IMG/VR virus record: IMGVR_UViG_3300031839_002055
Span: 1-55,310 of that record
Length of the DNA: 55,310 nucleotides
Reading direction: 5' to 3' (one strand)
Origin: a virus
Taxonomy: Duplodnaviria; Caudoviricetes
The notes beneath the pieces are model-generated. The model ran no database searches. It saw only the letters and a list, made by a program, of their open reading frames with translations, and was not told the DNA's origin. This document shows positions 27,179 to 36,222 of the stretch, piece by piece (within the stretch, counting starts at the first letter, position 1; each line of letters begins with the position of its first letter). The translations under genes and the position numbers were made by a program.

Positions 27179-27769
27179 TCACGCCGCCTCTTTCCACTGG
27201 TATAGCAGGCCGGAGACCGGAGCCAGCGCGGACTTGTCGAGGTCGTTGCAGGCCTGGAAGAACGCATCGATATGTGACTCCCACTCACGGCCCCAGTTCT
27301 CGCTGCAGAGGCGCACGCCGTACTCGTCGAAGAGCCATGCGCGGAAGGTCTCAGGGGTCGGCAGCGGATCAGGCGTCGAGCTCTGCCCTCCCTGATGCTG
27401 GCGGCGGTACCGGTACAGCACGCCCTTGGCGACGTACTGCGCCTTCTCGCGCTTGGCTTCGGTCATGCGCGGCAGCTTGGCGGCGGCCATCGCGAACACC
27501 AGCTCCTCGGCAATCTCCCGGTGGTCGTCGTCAGCCAGTGGCGAGTACATCCAGTGACCGAAGCACTGCAGCATAGCCGGCAGCGTACCAATTACCGACT
27601 GCACCATGCCGCACAGCGCCTGATCGAGCGCCACGTCGGTGCGGCGGTCCTTCTCGGTCTTCTGGATGCTGGCCTGCAGCATTCCCACCTCTAGGGCGTA
27701 GGAGGTAGTCGATTCCCGGCGCTGGTAGTAGGCGTCATGCCAGAGTTGACGCGCGCTATTCATCTTCAT
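27179..27769 (-). CDS. Late-gene antiterminator (Q-like)
   Basis: Last early-right gene before pR', tRNAs and holin; assignment mainly by synteny. Confidence 0.55.
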   Translation of the reverse strand: MKMNSARQLWHDAYYQRRESTTSYALEVGMLQASIQKTEKDRRTDVALDQALCGMVQSVIGTLPAMLQCFGHWMYSPLADDDHREIAEELVFAMAAAKLPRMTEAKREKAQYVAKGVLYRYRRQHQGGQSSTPDPLPTPETFRAWLFDEYGVRLCSENWGREWESHIDAFFQACNDLDKSALAPVSGLLYQWKEAA

Positions 27770-28110
27770 GCTTCGCTCCTCGGAAACAGGTTGAGCCCAT
27801 CTTTTGCGCCGCCGTCATAGCAGGCCCGCGCCTTGTTGCCCCGCTCGTTCCAGCGCTCCACGGCAATGCGCGACACGTCAATAACAGTCAAGTCATGCAG
27901 CCCCTCAAAGATGCCCAGCGTGCAGCTGTCGATTTGTGGTCCTTGCGCTCCGCATTCATGGCACCAGACGTGAGCCGAGTAGCTTTCCTCGGAGTAATCG
28001 TCCAGGGGGCGGTCAAACTCCACCTCTTTGCCAGTCATGTAGTCCTTCGCGATGACGCAGGGCGGCCCCTCGCAGAACGGGCATGGCGCTATGGTGATTT
28101 GCTTGGTCAT
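27766..28110 (-). CDS. Lar-family restriction alleviation protein
   Basis: PCPFC...VWCHECGAQGP...WNER. Confidence 0.7.
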   Translation of the reverse strand: MTKQITIAPCPFCEGPPCVIAKDYMTGKEVEFDRPLDDYSEESYSAHVWCHECGAQGPQIDSCTLGIFEGLHDLTVIDVSRIAVERWNERGNKARACYDGGAKDGLNLFPRSEA

Positions 28111-29618
28111 GCTGCTGCTCCCCGTGCTGCTGCCGCATCGCGGCGAAAGAAGGTGCCGCCGACGCAGTGAATGAGCGTCCGCTTGCCGTTGGCGTAGGTG
28201 ATGTCGTGCGAATGGGTCCAGCTGCTCAGCGAGCCGGCGTTGTAGCCCATGTTCATTTGCGAGCTGGTCCCGACAGAGTGGGCGCCGTCTATGATCCGTG
28301 CGCCGTGGCCGTGCCCGTGGGTGACCTTGGCCCCTACGGTGGCGAATGCCTGCGTGCTGCCGCGTGCTCCGTTCGGGCCGCGGTGGCCGTGGTTGCTGAA
28401 GTCGATGCCGAAGCGCATGAACGACTCGTCAGGCCGCAGCCACTTGAGCCGATCGCCACGCTCCATCAGGCAGTCCATCCAGTAGCGGAACGGGTCGCAG
28501 TAATCGCCGTCAACGATGGCCTTGAGCATGACGGCCTTGGTCTCGTGGAAGACGATGGCGTTCTCGAGGTCGTTGGCGTTCTCGGCCTTCTCGAGCCACT
28601 GAGTGAAGTGGTCGTGATGGTTGGAGTTGACCATGATCGTCTGATCGGCGAACGAGGCCAGGTCGTCGACGTGGCGCGCGGTCTTCTTCAGCTCATGCAA
28701 TACGCTCGAGGTGCCCTCTACGTGGCGCTTGAACTTCTCGAAGAACTTGCTGTGATGGCTGGCTGATCCGAAGTTCAAGACGTCATGCAGAACCAGATGC
28801 TTCGGCTGGATCAGCGCGGCAAGGGCTCTGGTTGCCTCTGTGACGCTCGGGTCGGCCATCTCTGCATGGATGTCGCCCATCGTCAGCACTTCAGCGCGCG
28901 GCGCCTTTTCAGGCCCTTTCACGGTGTACTTCGTGTCGAGGTCGATAAAGCTGCCGTCTTTCATCGGGCAGATGTGGCGTATGTGGTTGTGCAGGCCGTC
29001 CACCTCTACCACGACGGCGCCTAGCGTATGGTGGAACTCGCCTTTCTTGCCGGCGTTGGTGTCGCTGTAGTTCTCGACAGTGCAGGCGCCCGTGGTCAGT
29101 ACCAGCTTGGCCGGGTCACCCATGCGGGTCGCGACAGACTCGAGCGCGATCTTGGTGTGCCCCAGGATGGCAGAGTCACGGCCGGAGACGGTCAGCCAGC
29201 CCTGCAGCGGCTTGACTGCGGTCGGCTGGATCTTGATGTCCGCCAGCACGACCAGCCCGGGGGCAATCTTGGTCCGTTCGTGAGTGATGTACGGCAACAG
29301 GCGAGCATCCCACCAGTCGTCATCGGCCACTTCATCCCGGCGAGTCGGGTTCTTGTAGCGCATGGGAATCACGATCAGCCGGGCGCCACGCATGGAGCAA
29401 TACAGCTGCAGCGTCTTGAGGAATGCCGAGTGCGCCTTGGTGGCGTTCACGGCGGCGGTTATGACGTAGGTCTCGGCCTTCCCTTCCAGCTCCGGCATAT
29501 CGATGCCGCGCTTCTCGTTGTAGATGTGCCCGCATCCAGTGCAGCACAGGCGGCGATTGGTGCCGCGGTATGAGTGAAGCCGGCTGCCTGTGTTCAGGCA
29601 CTTCGGACATGCGAGCAT
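28107..29618 (-). CDS. Zn-ribbon plus calcineurin-like metallophosphoesterase, resembling phage T5 A1-type proteins
   Basis: CPKC..CTGC; GDIH, LHDV, NSNHHDH, NHGH, HGHGH metal-binding motifs. Confidence 0.65.
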   Translation of the reverse strand: MLACPKCLNTGSRLHSYRGTNRRLCCTGCGHIYNEKRGIDMPELEGKAETYVITAAVNATKAHSAFLKTLQLYCSMRGARLIVIPMRYKNPTRRDEVADDDWWDARLLPYITHERTKIAPGLVVLADIKIQPTAVKPLQGWLTVSGRDSAILGHTKIALESVATRMGDPAKLVLTTGACTVENYSDTNAGKKGEFHHTLGAVVVEVDGLHNHIRHICPMKDGSFIDLDTKYTVKGPEKAPRAEVLTMGDIHAEMADPSVTEATRALAALIQPKHLVLHDVLNFGSASHHSKFFEKFKRHVEGTSSVLHELKKTARHVDDLASFADQTIMVNSNHHDHFTQWLEKAENANDLENAIVFHETKAVMLKAIVDGDYCDPFRYWMDCLMERGDRLKWLRPDESFMRFGIDFSNHGHRGPNGARGSTQAFATVGAKVTHGHGHGARIIDGAHSVGTSSQMNMGYNAGSLSSWTHSHDITYANGKRTLIHCVGGTFFRRDAAAARGAAA

Positions 29619-29627
29619 CAGTTCCCC

Positions 29628-30047
29628 CTAGAACTCTTCAATGGCCCAGCCGCCGCCCGCCTTTTTGCTCTTGGCGGTTACGGCGATGATGCGGAATGGG
29701 TATTGGTCGGCGGCGATCTTGGTCTTTGCTCGAGCGTCGTCCTGCCAGTAGCCCTTGACTTCGTGCAGCTCCATCGAGCCATCGGCGAGCATCACGGCGA
29801 AGTCGGGCGTGTAGAAGGTCTTGTCGGCCAGGCGCAGCTTGATACCTTCGAAGCGGTACCAAGCGATCTCGCCGGCGAACTTGCGGGCCTCAAGGTGCTG
29901 GCGGTAGGCCTCCTCGGTCTTGTTGAGCTGGCCGACCGGAAGGCGCCCCAGGGCTTGCAGGCGCTTCTGTGCCTGATTTCCCGATCCCGCACTTTTCGCC
30001 GGCTTGACCGTGGTTTGGGCTGAGGCTTTACGGATCGGGAAAGTCAT
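29628..30047 (-). CDS. DUF1064-like PD-(D/E)xK endonuclease
   Basis: NKTEEAY, FYTPDF, ELHEVKG. Confidence 0.75.
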   Translation of the reverse strand: MTFPIRKASAQTTVKPAKSAGSGNQAQKRLQALGRLPVGQLNKTEEAYRQHLEARKFAGEIAWYRFEGIKLRLADKTFYTPDFAVMLADGSMELHEVKGYWQDDARAKTKIAADQYPFRIIAVTAKSKKAGGGWAIEEF

Positions 30048-30289
30048 CTACTCCCCCTCGCCTTCGCTTCCAGCGCCGCACGAACCATCTTGCGCAGCAG
30101 CGGGCTCATCCTCGACAGCTCGGCCGATACCCACTGGCGCCACTTCGGCAGCCCCATCGGCTTGCAGCGCTCCCGCATCTTGTCCGCTATTGCGAGAGCA
30201 AGCGCTTCCGCATTGGCCTTGGCAGTCAGGCCTTCCGCTGTTAATCCACGCCTCGCCGCAGAGGATCTGGTCGTAGTGCTCACCGTCAT
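30044..30289 (-). CDS. Hypothetical protein (81 aa); overlaps a second frame 30048..30329
   Basis: Stop is ATGA-coupled to the next gene; helical composition. Confidence 0.4.
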   Translation of the reverse strand: MTVSTTTRSSAARRGLTAEGLTAKANAEALALAIADKMRERCKPMGLPKWRQWVSAELSRMSPLLRKMVRAALEAKARGSR

Positions 30290-30325
30290 TGCCGTTCTGT
30301 CCTATCACGTCGATTCGAGAGAGCT

Positions 30326-30688
30326 TCATGCGCCCACCTGCCCGGCCGTGACGCGCAGATTCGGACACTGGAGGCCGTAGTGATTCCCTCCGCATACCAT
30401 GCAGGCAACACCGAAAACCGACTCAACCTTCTGCTCAGCGCTGCGGCAGTCGATGGTGTTCTGCTGCCCGAACTCGGCTTTCTCCAGTCCTTCCAGTTCG
30501 ATCAGCAGATCGATGTAATGGCGAGCCTTCAGTAGATCCTGCAGCCCGTTCTTCTCGCGCCACCGGGAGACGTACTTGATGACGTTGCCCTCGCAGTAGC
30601 CGATGCCGTTCGCGTGGATGTACTGGACCGGCTGAATGGCCTTGCCCTTGTAGTGGCTGCCGCCTGGCTGTTCGTTGAGTGCGCTCAT
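30326..30688 (-). CDS. DUF3310 protein (T7 gp1.7-like nucleotide kinase family)
   Basis: GGSHY, GNVIKYVSRWREKNGLQDLLKARHY; start at MSALNE. Confidence 0.8.
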   Translation of the reverse strand: MSALNEQPGGSHYKGKAIQPVQYIHANGIGYCEGNVIKYVSRWREKNGLQDLLKARHYIDLLIELEGLEKAEFGQQNTIDCRSAEQKVESVFGVACMVCGGNHYGLQCPNLRVTAGQVGA

Positions 30689-30861
30689 TGCGGCTTCCTC
30701 GTTGCTCTGTTGTTTGCGATCAGGGGTATCTGGCCGGGCGCAAGGTTCCACGCGAATGTCTCTTTGCATCCGGTGGCGCATTGGCGGGCGTTCAGGCTTG
30801 GCATATTGCTCATGGGCTCACCGCAGTCAGGGCAGGCGCGGCCGAGAGGTAGGTCGGTCAC
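30685..30861 (-). CDS. Small zinc-finger protein (NinF-like)
   Basis: GTGA-coupled start; CPDC...CATGC. Confidence 0.5.
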   Translation of the reverse strand: MTDLPLGRACPDCGEPMSNMPSLNARQCATGCKETFAWNLAPGQIPLIANNRATRKPQ

Positions 30862-31166
30862 GCTGCCTTCCCCTTTGCGTCGATCAGCCCCATGCGGGCG
30901 AGTTGTGCGATGGTGTCCAGCACCGCCTTGCGCAGGATTTCCCGGCGCTCGTCGCGGCTGTACTTCTTGCCGTTGTCCAATTCGTGGTGGCAGCTCTGGC
31001 AGATGGCCGCGGTGAGGCAGTCGTCTGTCTTCTGGCTCATCCCCTTTCCTTCGTTGATGTGTGCGGCCTGGACGCCATAGGCGCCGCAGAGCACGCAGTT
31101 TTCGATCTTGTGTACCGCTGAGAGCCACTTGCTCGAGCGGAATGGCTGGGAGCGCTGGCGGAGCAT
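30858..31166 (-). CDS. HNH-like zinc-binding nuclease
   Basis: CVLCG...AAH...CQSCHHELD. Confidence 0.7.
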   Translation of the reverse strand: MLRQRSQPFRSSKWLSAVHKIENCVLCGAYGVQAAHINEGKGMSQKTDDCLTAAICQSCHHELDNGKKYSRDERREILRKAVLDTIAQLARMGLIDAKGKAA

Positions 31167-31606
31167 CAGGCAGCCCTCCTCTCGCCATAGATGGCGTACA
31201 TGAGGTCTTCCGGATGCGGCAGCAGCAGGCCCAGGTGCTCGGCGCAGTAGGCGTCAAGCAGCTCCAGGTATGTAGTCATCTGCTGGATCGTGAAGGCTCG
31301 TGTCTTGGCGCGGCCGACTCGGTACCGGGTGCCGTCCGGCAGCTCTACCGGGTGCACCTCGGACGGCCAGAGCTTGCTGACCAGGATCTCGTGCCATTCC
31401 TCAGCACTGGCTATCTGCCCGAACGACTCGCGCAGGTGCTGCTGGATCAGGCCATTCCACTGCCATAGCAGACGGTTTTGGGCGTCGGAGCGCTTGCTGC
31501 GAATCTCGGTAATTGCCACCTTGCGAGGCTTGGAGAGGTCCAAGCCCTGCAGGAAGCTGATCAGGCGCTGGCGGTCCATGTCGGAGCGGAGCATGAGGTC
31601 AGCCAT
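31166..31606 (-). CDS. ninB: NinB/YbcN-family recombination protein
   Basis: KRSDAQNRLLW motif. Confidence 0.75.
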   Translation of the reverse strand: MADLMLRSDMDRQRLISFLQGLDLSKPRKVAITEIRSKRSDAQNRLLWQWNGLIQQHLRESFGQIASAEEWHEILVSKLWPSEVHPVELPDGTRYRVGRAKTRAFTIQQMTTYLELLDAYCAEHLGLLLPHPEDLMYAIYGERRAA

Positions 31607-32300
31607 TTACGCGGCCTCCTTCAAAGCCGGCAGCGAGCTCAACGAATGCTGCGTAAGCCACTGCTGCCACTTGCCCGTTTCCAGAGGAGCGGTATCGGTC
31701 CACCCTTCCGGCCATCCCATCAGCCACTCGTGGATTGCCGGGCTCGGACGCCCAAACACTCGCCGGAACTCGCGCGCGGCCGGCCACTTCTGCATTGAAT
31801 CGGCGCAGTAGTTCGCCTTGGTCGTCGGCGTGTGCAAGTAGCCAGTAGCGTTGCCGAACGTGGTCAGCACCCAGGTCTGCCGCGGACAGGGGAAGCATTC
31901 GGACTTGGTAACCCATGCGAACGAGGTCGCGTCCGGCTTCTTCGATTGCTCGCTCGGCGACGTTTTCGGCGAAGACAAGCCGGGGAGCGACATCTGCCAC
32001 GATCCGGCGCATCTCCGGCCAAAGGTTTTCAGCGTTGTTGCGTCCAGCTGCTGCAGTGCTGAAGGCTTGGCAGGGAAACCCTCCAGATACGAGGTCAACA
32101 ATTCCGCGCCACGGTAGGCCGTCAAATGTCCGAACGTCATCCCAGACGGGGAACGGCGGGAGGACTCCATCGTTTTGTCGCTGGACCAGTACCCGCTGAC
32201 AGTGCTCGTCGTGCTCGACGGCGCAGACAGGAGTGATGCCGAGCAGGCGGCTTGCGAGCAGGCCGCCACCAGCGCCCGTGAATAGAGAAAGCTCATACAC
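31599..32300 (-). CDS. DNA cytosine-C5 methyltransferase, alpha chain (motifs I-VIII and X)
   Basis: LFTGAGG, GGFPCQ, ENV, RQRYW, GNG. Confidence 0.85.
   Translation of the reverse strand: MYELSLFTGAGGGLLASRLLGITPVCAVEHDEHCQRVLVQRQNDGVLPPFPVWDDVRTFDGLPWRGIVDLVSGGFPCQAFSTAAAGRNNAENLWPEMRRIVADVAPRLVFAENVAERAIEEAGRDLVRMGYQVRMLPLSAADLGADHVRQRYWLLAHADDQGELLRRFNAEVAGRARVPASVWASEPGNPRVADGMAGRVDRYRSSGNGQVAAVAYAAFVELAAGFEGGRVNG
31607..32296 (-). CDS. C5 methyltransferase beta chain (TRD plus motif IX) in an overlapping frame
   Basis: 229-aa ORF nested in alpha; LHTPTT and PAIHEWLMGWPEGWTD; ATG overlaps the upstream stop (ATGA). Confidence 0.7.
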   Translation of the reverse strand: MSFLYSRALVAACSQAACSASLLSAPSSTTSTVSGYWSSDKTMESSRRSPSGMTFGHLTAYRGAELLTSYLEGFPAKPSALQQLDATTLKTFGRRCAGSWQMSLPGLSSPKTSPSEQSKKPDATSFAWVTKSECFPCPRQTWVLTTFGNATGYLHTPTTKANYCADSMQKWPAAREFRRVFGRPSPAIHEWLMGWPEGWTDTAPLETGKWQQWLTQHSLSSLPALKEAA

Positions 32301-32556
32301 GGCGCGCCTCCCGCTTGTCGTGGTCGTCCTGGCACTCCTTGCAGCGCACGGCGTTCTTCACGGCCTGGCGGCGAGCTGGGAGGATGTCCTCACCACAATC
32401 CAGGCAGTCCGGACGGCCATCGCCCTGCAGCCTGGCCTGTACCATCGCCACGCCACCGATACGATCCGCTTCCTCTAGGCCAGTAGCGCGGTCTGTTACG
32501 TCGGGAGCTGTGCGGGCCTGGTGGAAGGCTTCGGTGATTTGCATGAAGTCGGTCAC
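32293..32556 (-). CDS. TraR/DksA C4 zinc-finger protein
   Basis: CLDCGEDILPARRQAVKNAVRCKECQ. Confidence 0.85.
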   Translation of the reverse strand: MTDFMQITEAFHQARTAPDVTDRATGLEEADRIGGVAMVQARLQGDGRPDCLDCGEDILPARRQAVKNAVRCKECQDDHDKREARRV

Positions 32557-32795
32557 TTGGCGGCCTCCTCTACGCGATGATCCCTTGGCATGCACCACAT
32601 AGTTTCCTGGCCACGGCTGCGGGCCACGATGCAGGTGAAGTCCACTGTGTCCGAATAGAAGCTCCAGGCCGTCTCGTTGTTGCTGAAGCGATCGATGAGA
32701 TGGATCAGCAGATTCGCCACGAAGAGCCCGATCAGTAGCGGAAGCAGCATCGAAGCGACGGTCTTGGTCAGTTTGTTGCGCTTGTCTTCTCTCAT
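32553..32795 (-). CDS. Small membrane protein
   Basis: One TM segment; coupled overlaps at both ends. Confidence 0.55.
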   Translation of the reverse strand: MREDKRNKLTKTVASMLLPLLIGLFVANLLIHLIDRFSNNETAWSFYSDTVDFTCIVARSRGQETMWCMPRDHRVEEAAK

Positions 32796-33484
32796 TTCCG
32801 TGCTCCTACGCCGCGCTGGGTGCTCCCGTCAGCACAGACGACGCGATGGTCATTGGGTTTGGGGAAGTAACGGTTTCGCCACCACGCGAGCCCTTGCTCG
32901 GCGATCGACGTCTCGCGCTCGACCGATGACCGTGCCTCGTTGACCCGCTTGTGGACCAGGCGCAGATGACTCTCCATCGGGCCGCGACCGAACATCTCGT
33001 GCAGTACCTCGTCCATGACTTCGCTGATGGGGCGCAGGTAGTCGAGGCAGTCCTCGCGCACAGACAGGATCGCCTTAAGCCATGCCGCCTGGCCGGCAGC
33101 CGCAAGATAGAGCTGGTCTAGGTCGTGCAACGAAACAAGAACCCACTCATCTCGACGCTGAGCCATAAGGCAGCAATTCATAAATCCGTGGGCATCGCTC
33201 TCCGGCCGCCCAACAAGAAAAACAACAGGACGCCCGGTAGCAGCGAGCACGCCTTCGGCCTTCTTTTTCTCTTCTGCAGTCGGGTACTTGCCCTTGACCT
33301 CCAAGTAGAACTCAGCGGCCGGCAAGTAGAAGTCCGGCAGGTATTTGCAGCCCTCGACCTGGATCAGGTCCGGCTCGTAGAGGTAGAACACGTCGATGGC
33401 CTCCATCAGGCGCGCCCACATCAGTTCGGTGTAGGAGCGCAGCTTGTAGCCGTTGTGCTCGAATACAGTCCGGCGGCTTTTCAT
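32792..33484 (-). CDS. PD-(D/E)xK nuclease-like protein
   Basis: RSYTE..WA, YLPDF, YLEVKG. Confidence 0.7.
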   Translation of the reverse strand: MKSRRTVFEHNGYKLRSYTELMWARLMEAIDVFYLYEPDLIQVEGCKYLPDFYLPAAEFYLEVKGKYPTAEEKKKAEGVLAATGRPVVFLVGRPESDAHGFMNCCLMAQRRDEWVLVSLHDLDQLYLAAAGQAAWLKAILSVREDCLDYLRPISEVMDEVLHEMFGRGPMESHLRLVHKRVNEARSSVERETSIAEQGLAWWRNRYFPKPNDHRVVCADGSTQRGVGARK

Positions 33485-34824
33485 CAGAAGTTCACCTCGA
33501 TGACATTGCCGCTGCGGGCGTGCGCGGCGAGCGGGACAAAGCGGGACTTGTCGCCCTGGAAGGCGGTCGGGACAGTTCCGATTTCGCCGTCACGGTTCTT
33601 GCGGATCAGGATTTCGCCGATGCCCTTGTCCTGGGTGTTAGGGTGATAAACCTCATCCCGGTAAACGAACATCACGATGTCGGCGTCCTGCTCGATGGCG
33701 CCGGATTCGCGCAGATCGGAAAGCACAGGGCGCTTGTCAGGGCGGGACTCGCAGCCGCGATTGAGCTGGGACAGGATGATTACCGGGCACTCCATCTCGC
33801 GGGCCAGCAGCTTGATCTGGCGCGACATGACCGTTACGTCTTCAGTCCGGCCGGCGCCCTCGCCCTCGACCAGGCCCAAGTAGTCGATGACCACGAGCCC
33901 CATGCCGCCCATGCGATGCTTCTGGCGGCGGACGATGGAGCGGATGCGCGCCATGGTCATGACCGGCACGTCAGATACGACGATTGGCGACCGGCTCAGC
34001 TTCAGGCCCGCAGCCGCCAGCTCGGTGCTGTAGTCGTTGCTGCACTCGCCGGTCTTAAGGGATGGCAGCGGGATGCCGCCGACTGCCGCGAGCAGGCGAT
34101 CCATCAGCTGGGTCTTGCTCATCTCCAGGCTGATGACGGCAACCGGCTTGCGCTGGTTGATGCCGACGTCTGCCGCGATGTTCATGGCCAGGGTGGTTTT
34201 GCCCATGGCAGGTCGGCCAGCAACGACGATCATCTGGCCCGGCTTCATGCCCTGGGTGTACTTGTCGAGGTCAGGGATACCAGTCCCAAGCCCGTCCATT
34301 GCTTCGCCCTTGGCGAAACGATCCAGGCGCACCTGCAGCACTTCGATGTGCTCCGCCCACATATCGGCCATGCTCTGGCATTCGGCGTCGCCGCCATCAG
34401 TACCGAGGGCCAGAATGGTCGACTGCACCTGCGCGATCTTGTCCTCGACGGTCGCTTGGTCATGAGCGATCTCGTGGATGCGCTCGGCGGCGGCGACGAT
34501 CTGACGAGCCACGGCGCGGTCGCGGATGATCTTCGCGTAGGTCTTCGCGTTGGCAGCGGACGGGGTGTTGAACTGAATTTCGCCGGCATAGGCCGTGGTC
34601 CGAGTGCCGCTTGGCAGCTCAGCCATGCGGTCGCCAAGAGTGATCGCGTCAACCGGCTCGCCGTCGTTGTGCAGCTCCATGATCAGGCGGTACAGGTCGG
34701 CGTTGTCGGCGTAGGCGAACGCTTCGGGCGACAGGTCATCGCTCAGGACGTCGATCAGGTGGGGCTGCTTGAGCATTGCACCGATCACGCCGTGCTCGGC
34801 TTCGAGGCTGTGAAGTTCGATCAT
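33484..34824 (-). CDS. dnaB: Replicative DNA helicase (DnaB family)
   Basis: GRPAMGKT, IDYL, SQLNR, DLRESGAIEQDAD. Confidence 0.95.
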   Translation of the reverse strand: MIELHSLEAEHGVIGAMLKQPHLIDVLSDDLSPEAFAYADNADLYRLIMELHNDGEPVDAITLGDRMAELPSGTRTTAYAGEIQFNTPSAANAKTYAKIIRDRAVARQIVAAAERIHEIAHDQATVEDKIAQVQSTILALGTDGGDAECQSMADMWAEHIEVLQVRLDRFAKGEAMDGLGTGIPDLDKYTQGMKPGQMIVVAGRPAMGKTTLAMNIAADVGINQRKPVAVISLEMSKTQLMDRLLAAVGGIPLPSLKTGECSNDYSTELAAAGLKLSRSPIVVSDVPVMTMARIRSIVRRQKHRMGGMGLVVIDYLGLVEGEGAGRTEDVTVMSRQIKLLAREMECPVIILSQLNRGCESRPDKRPVLSDLRESGAIEQDADIVMFVYRDEVYHPNTQDKGIGEILIRKNRDGEIGTVPTAFQGDKSRFVPLAAHARSGNVIEVNF

Positions 34825-35816
34825 TGCTGCGCCTCCGAGATTTCACGGAAGACGGCGCGACTTACCAGAGCCTCCAAGCGGGGGACGACGTTCTGGCCAC
34901 GGTAGAAAACTTGGCTGCGGTTGTTGGCCTTCTCGAAGAATGGGAGCCAGAAGCCCTTGCCGCTCTGGTGGGCCTCAGATTCGTTCCAGCGCTCAACGAT
35001 CATGCTGCGCAGCGCCTTGTCGGTCTTCACGGTGACAGCGGCGAGGTTCGGGCAAACGCGGTGGTACAGGTCGATGATCTGGTCTACCGGGACGCCAGCC
35101 TCGTTCACGGTGCCAGCGGCTTTGCGGTGAGCGCTGCCAAGCCACTTGACCAGGAAGCGGCGCCAGTCCTTCTTCGGGCGATTAGCGGAGGCCCAGGCGG
35201 CGGCGCGAACGATCTCAGTCTCGACGTCAACCGGTGCGTAGGCTTTCGCCCACTTGGTGATCAGGTCAGAGCTGACCTGGAAGTCCTCGCCGTTGAACGA
35301 AACCCCGGAATCTTTCTCGACCTGGGTGGGCTCGCCCCCTTGGGGGGCAGTAATCTGTTCCGAAGGAACAGTTACTAGGGGTTCTTTCTTTGTATAAAGA
35401 AGGGTAGTTGCCGTTTTGGTCTCACTCGCATCAGAAACCAGTGAGACGATTTGGGCTGAGTGAGACGATTTGGTCTCAGTGAGACGGGCTTTCTTCTCTT
35501 CGTAGAAGGTCCATTCTTTCGATGGGGAAACACCCAGCTCACCGCGGCTACCACCGACACGGAAGATGATCCGACGCTCGAGCAGGTGACTGATCGCCTT
35601 CGATACGACATCGCGGCGCATGTTGGTCAGCTTGCCGATCTCGTCAGCAGAGAGACGCTTGCTCTCGACGTTGTAGCCGATGGTCTGGCGGGCGATAGCC
35701 ATCACGACGCGGAACTCACGAGCCGGCAGATCAACTGCAGCCAGAGCCTCCATGATGCTGTTGTCCATCCGGGTGAACCCCCGTTGGGTGTTGCCAATCT
35801 GAATAACGTTGTCCAT
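34821..35816 (-). CDS. Replication initiator (lambda O-like)
   Basis: GFTRMDN, ARQTIGYN N-terminal domain; contains iterons. Confidence 0.85.
   Translation of the reverse strand: MDNVIQIGNTQRGFTRMDNSIMEALAAVDLPAREFRVVMAIARQTIGYNVESKRLSADEIGKLTNMRRDVVSKAISHLLERRIIFRVGGSRGELGVSPSKEWTFYEEKKARLTETKSSHSAQIVSLVSDASETKTATTLLYTKKEPLVTVPSEQITAPQGGEPTQVEKDSGVSFNGEDFQVSSDLITKWAKAYAPVDVETEIVRAAAWASANRPKKDWRRFLVKWLGSAHRKAAGTVNEAGVPVDQIIDLYHRVCPNLAAVTVKTDKALRSMIVERWNESEAHQSGKGFWLPFFEKANNRSQVFYRGQNVVPRLEALVSRAVFREISEAQQ
35418..35487. repeat. Origin iterons inside the O-like gene
   Basis: AGTGAGACG at 35440, 35459 and 35478 (19-bp period), an inverted copy at about 35418..35426, and an adjacent AT-rich tract. 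Confidence 0.8.
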
Positions 35817-35843
35817 AATCTTTCTCGTTGTTTAGCTGTTCCG

Positions 35844-35872
35844 AAGCCACCCTTGCCCGGTGGCTTTTTTTT
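35844..35872 (+). terminator. Terminator antisense to the pR operon (oop/t0-like position)
   Basis: AAGCCACC-CTTGCCC-GGTGGCTT followed by a T-run on the plus strand. Confidence 0.65.
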
Positions 35873-35980
35873 GCTTCCGAATCAGGTACTGGATAAATCC
35901 TCACCCTCCCCGCTTCGCTTACCTGTCCGATCCGCTGGCCCTAAGATGGGAACCATGGAAACCACTGACAGGGATGTCTC

Positions 35981-36199
35981 TTATGCAGCAGCTCGCTTCC
36001 GCGACTTCGGGTACAGATCAGGACGAAGCTCGTGACGAGAAACGCCGCTGGCCGCCTCGATCTGCAAAACACGTTCGGCTGGCACTCGACCGGTAGCGCA
36101 CATGCGCTGTACGGCCTGAGGAGAACAGCCAAGAAGCCTGGCGAGAGCTGACTGCCCACCTGCTGCAGCCGCAGCACGAGTGGCGGCGTTTTCGTTCAT
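35981..36199 (-). CDS. cro: Cro-like repressor
   Basis: GGQSALARLLGCSPQAV, ELRPDLY; divergent from cI. Confidence 0.85.
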   Translation of the reverse strand: MNENAATRAAAAAGGQSALARLLGCSPQAVQRMCATGRVPAERVLQIEAASGVSRHELRPDLYPKSRKRAAA

Positions 36200-36222
36200 G
36201 TGGAACTCCGTTTATCTCGAAC

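Noticed and set aside
33520..34905. 461-aa plus-strand ORF
   Set aside because: Antisense shadow of dnaB; no motifs or RBS.
35418..35487. Short repeats as a mini CRISPR array
   Set aside because: 19-bp period with no unique spacers, inside the O gene, and no cas genes: these are iterons.
35889..35906. CTGGATAAATCCTCAC as a second SOS box
   Set aside because: Right half-site is CAC rather than CAG.
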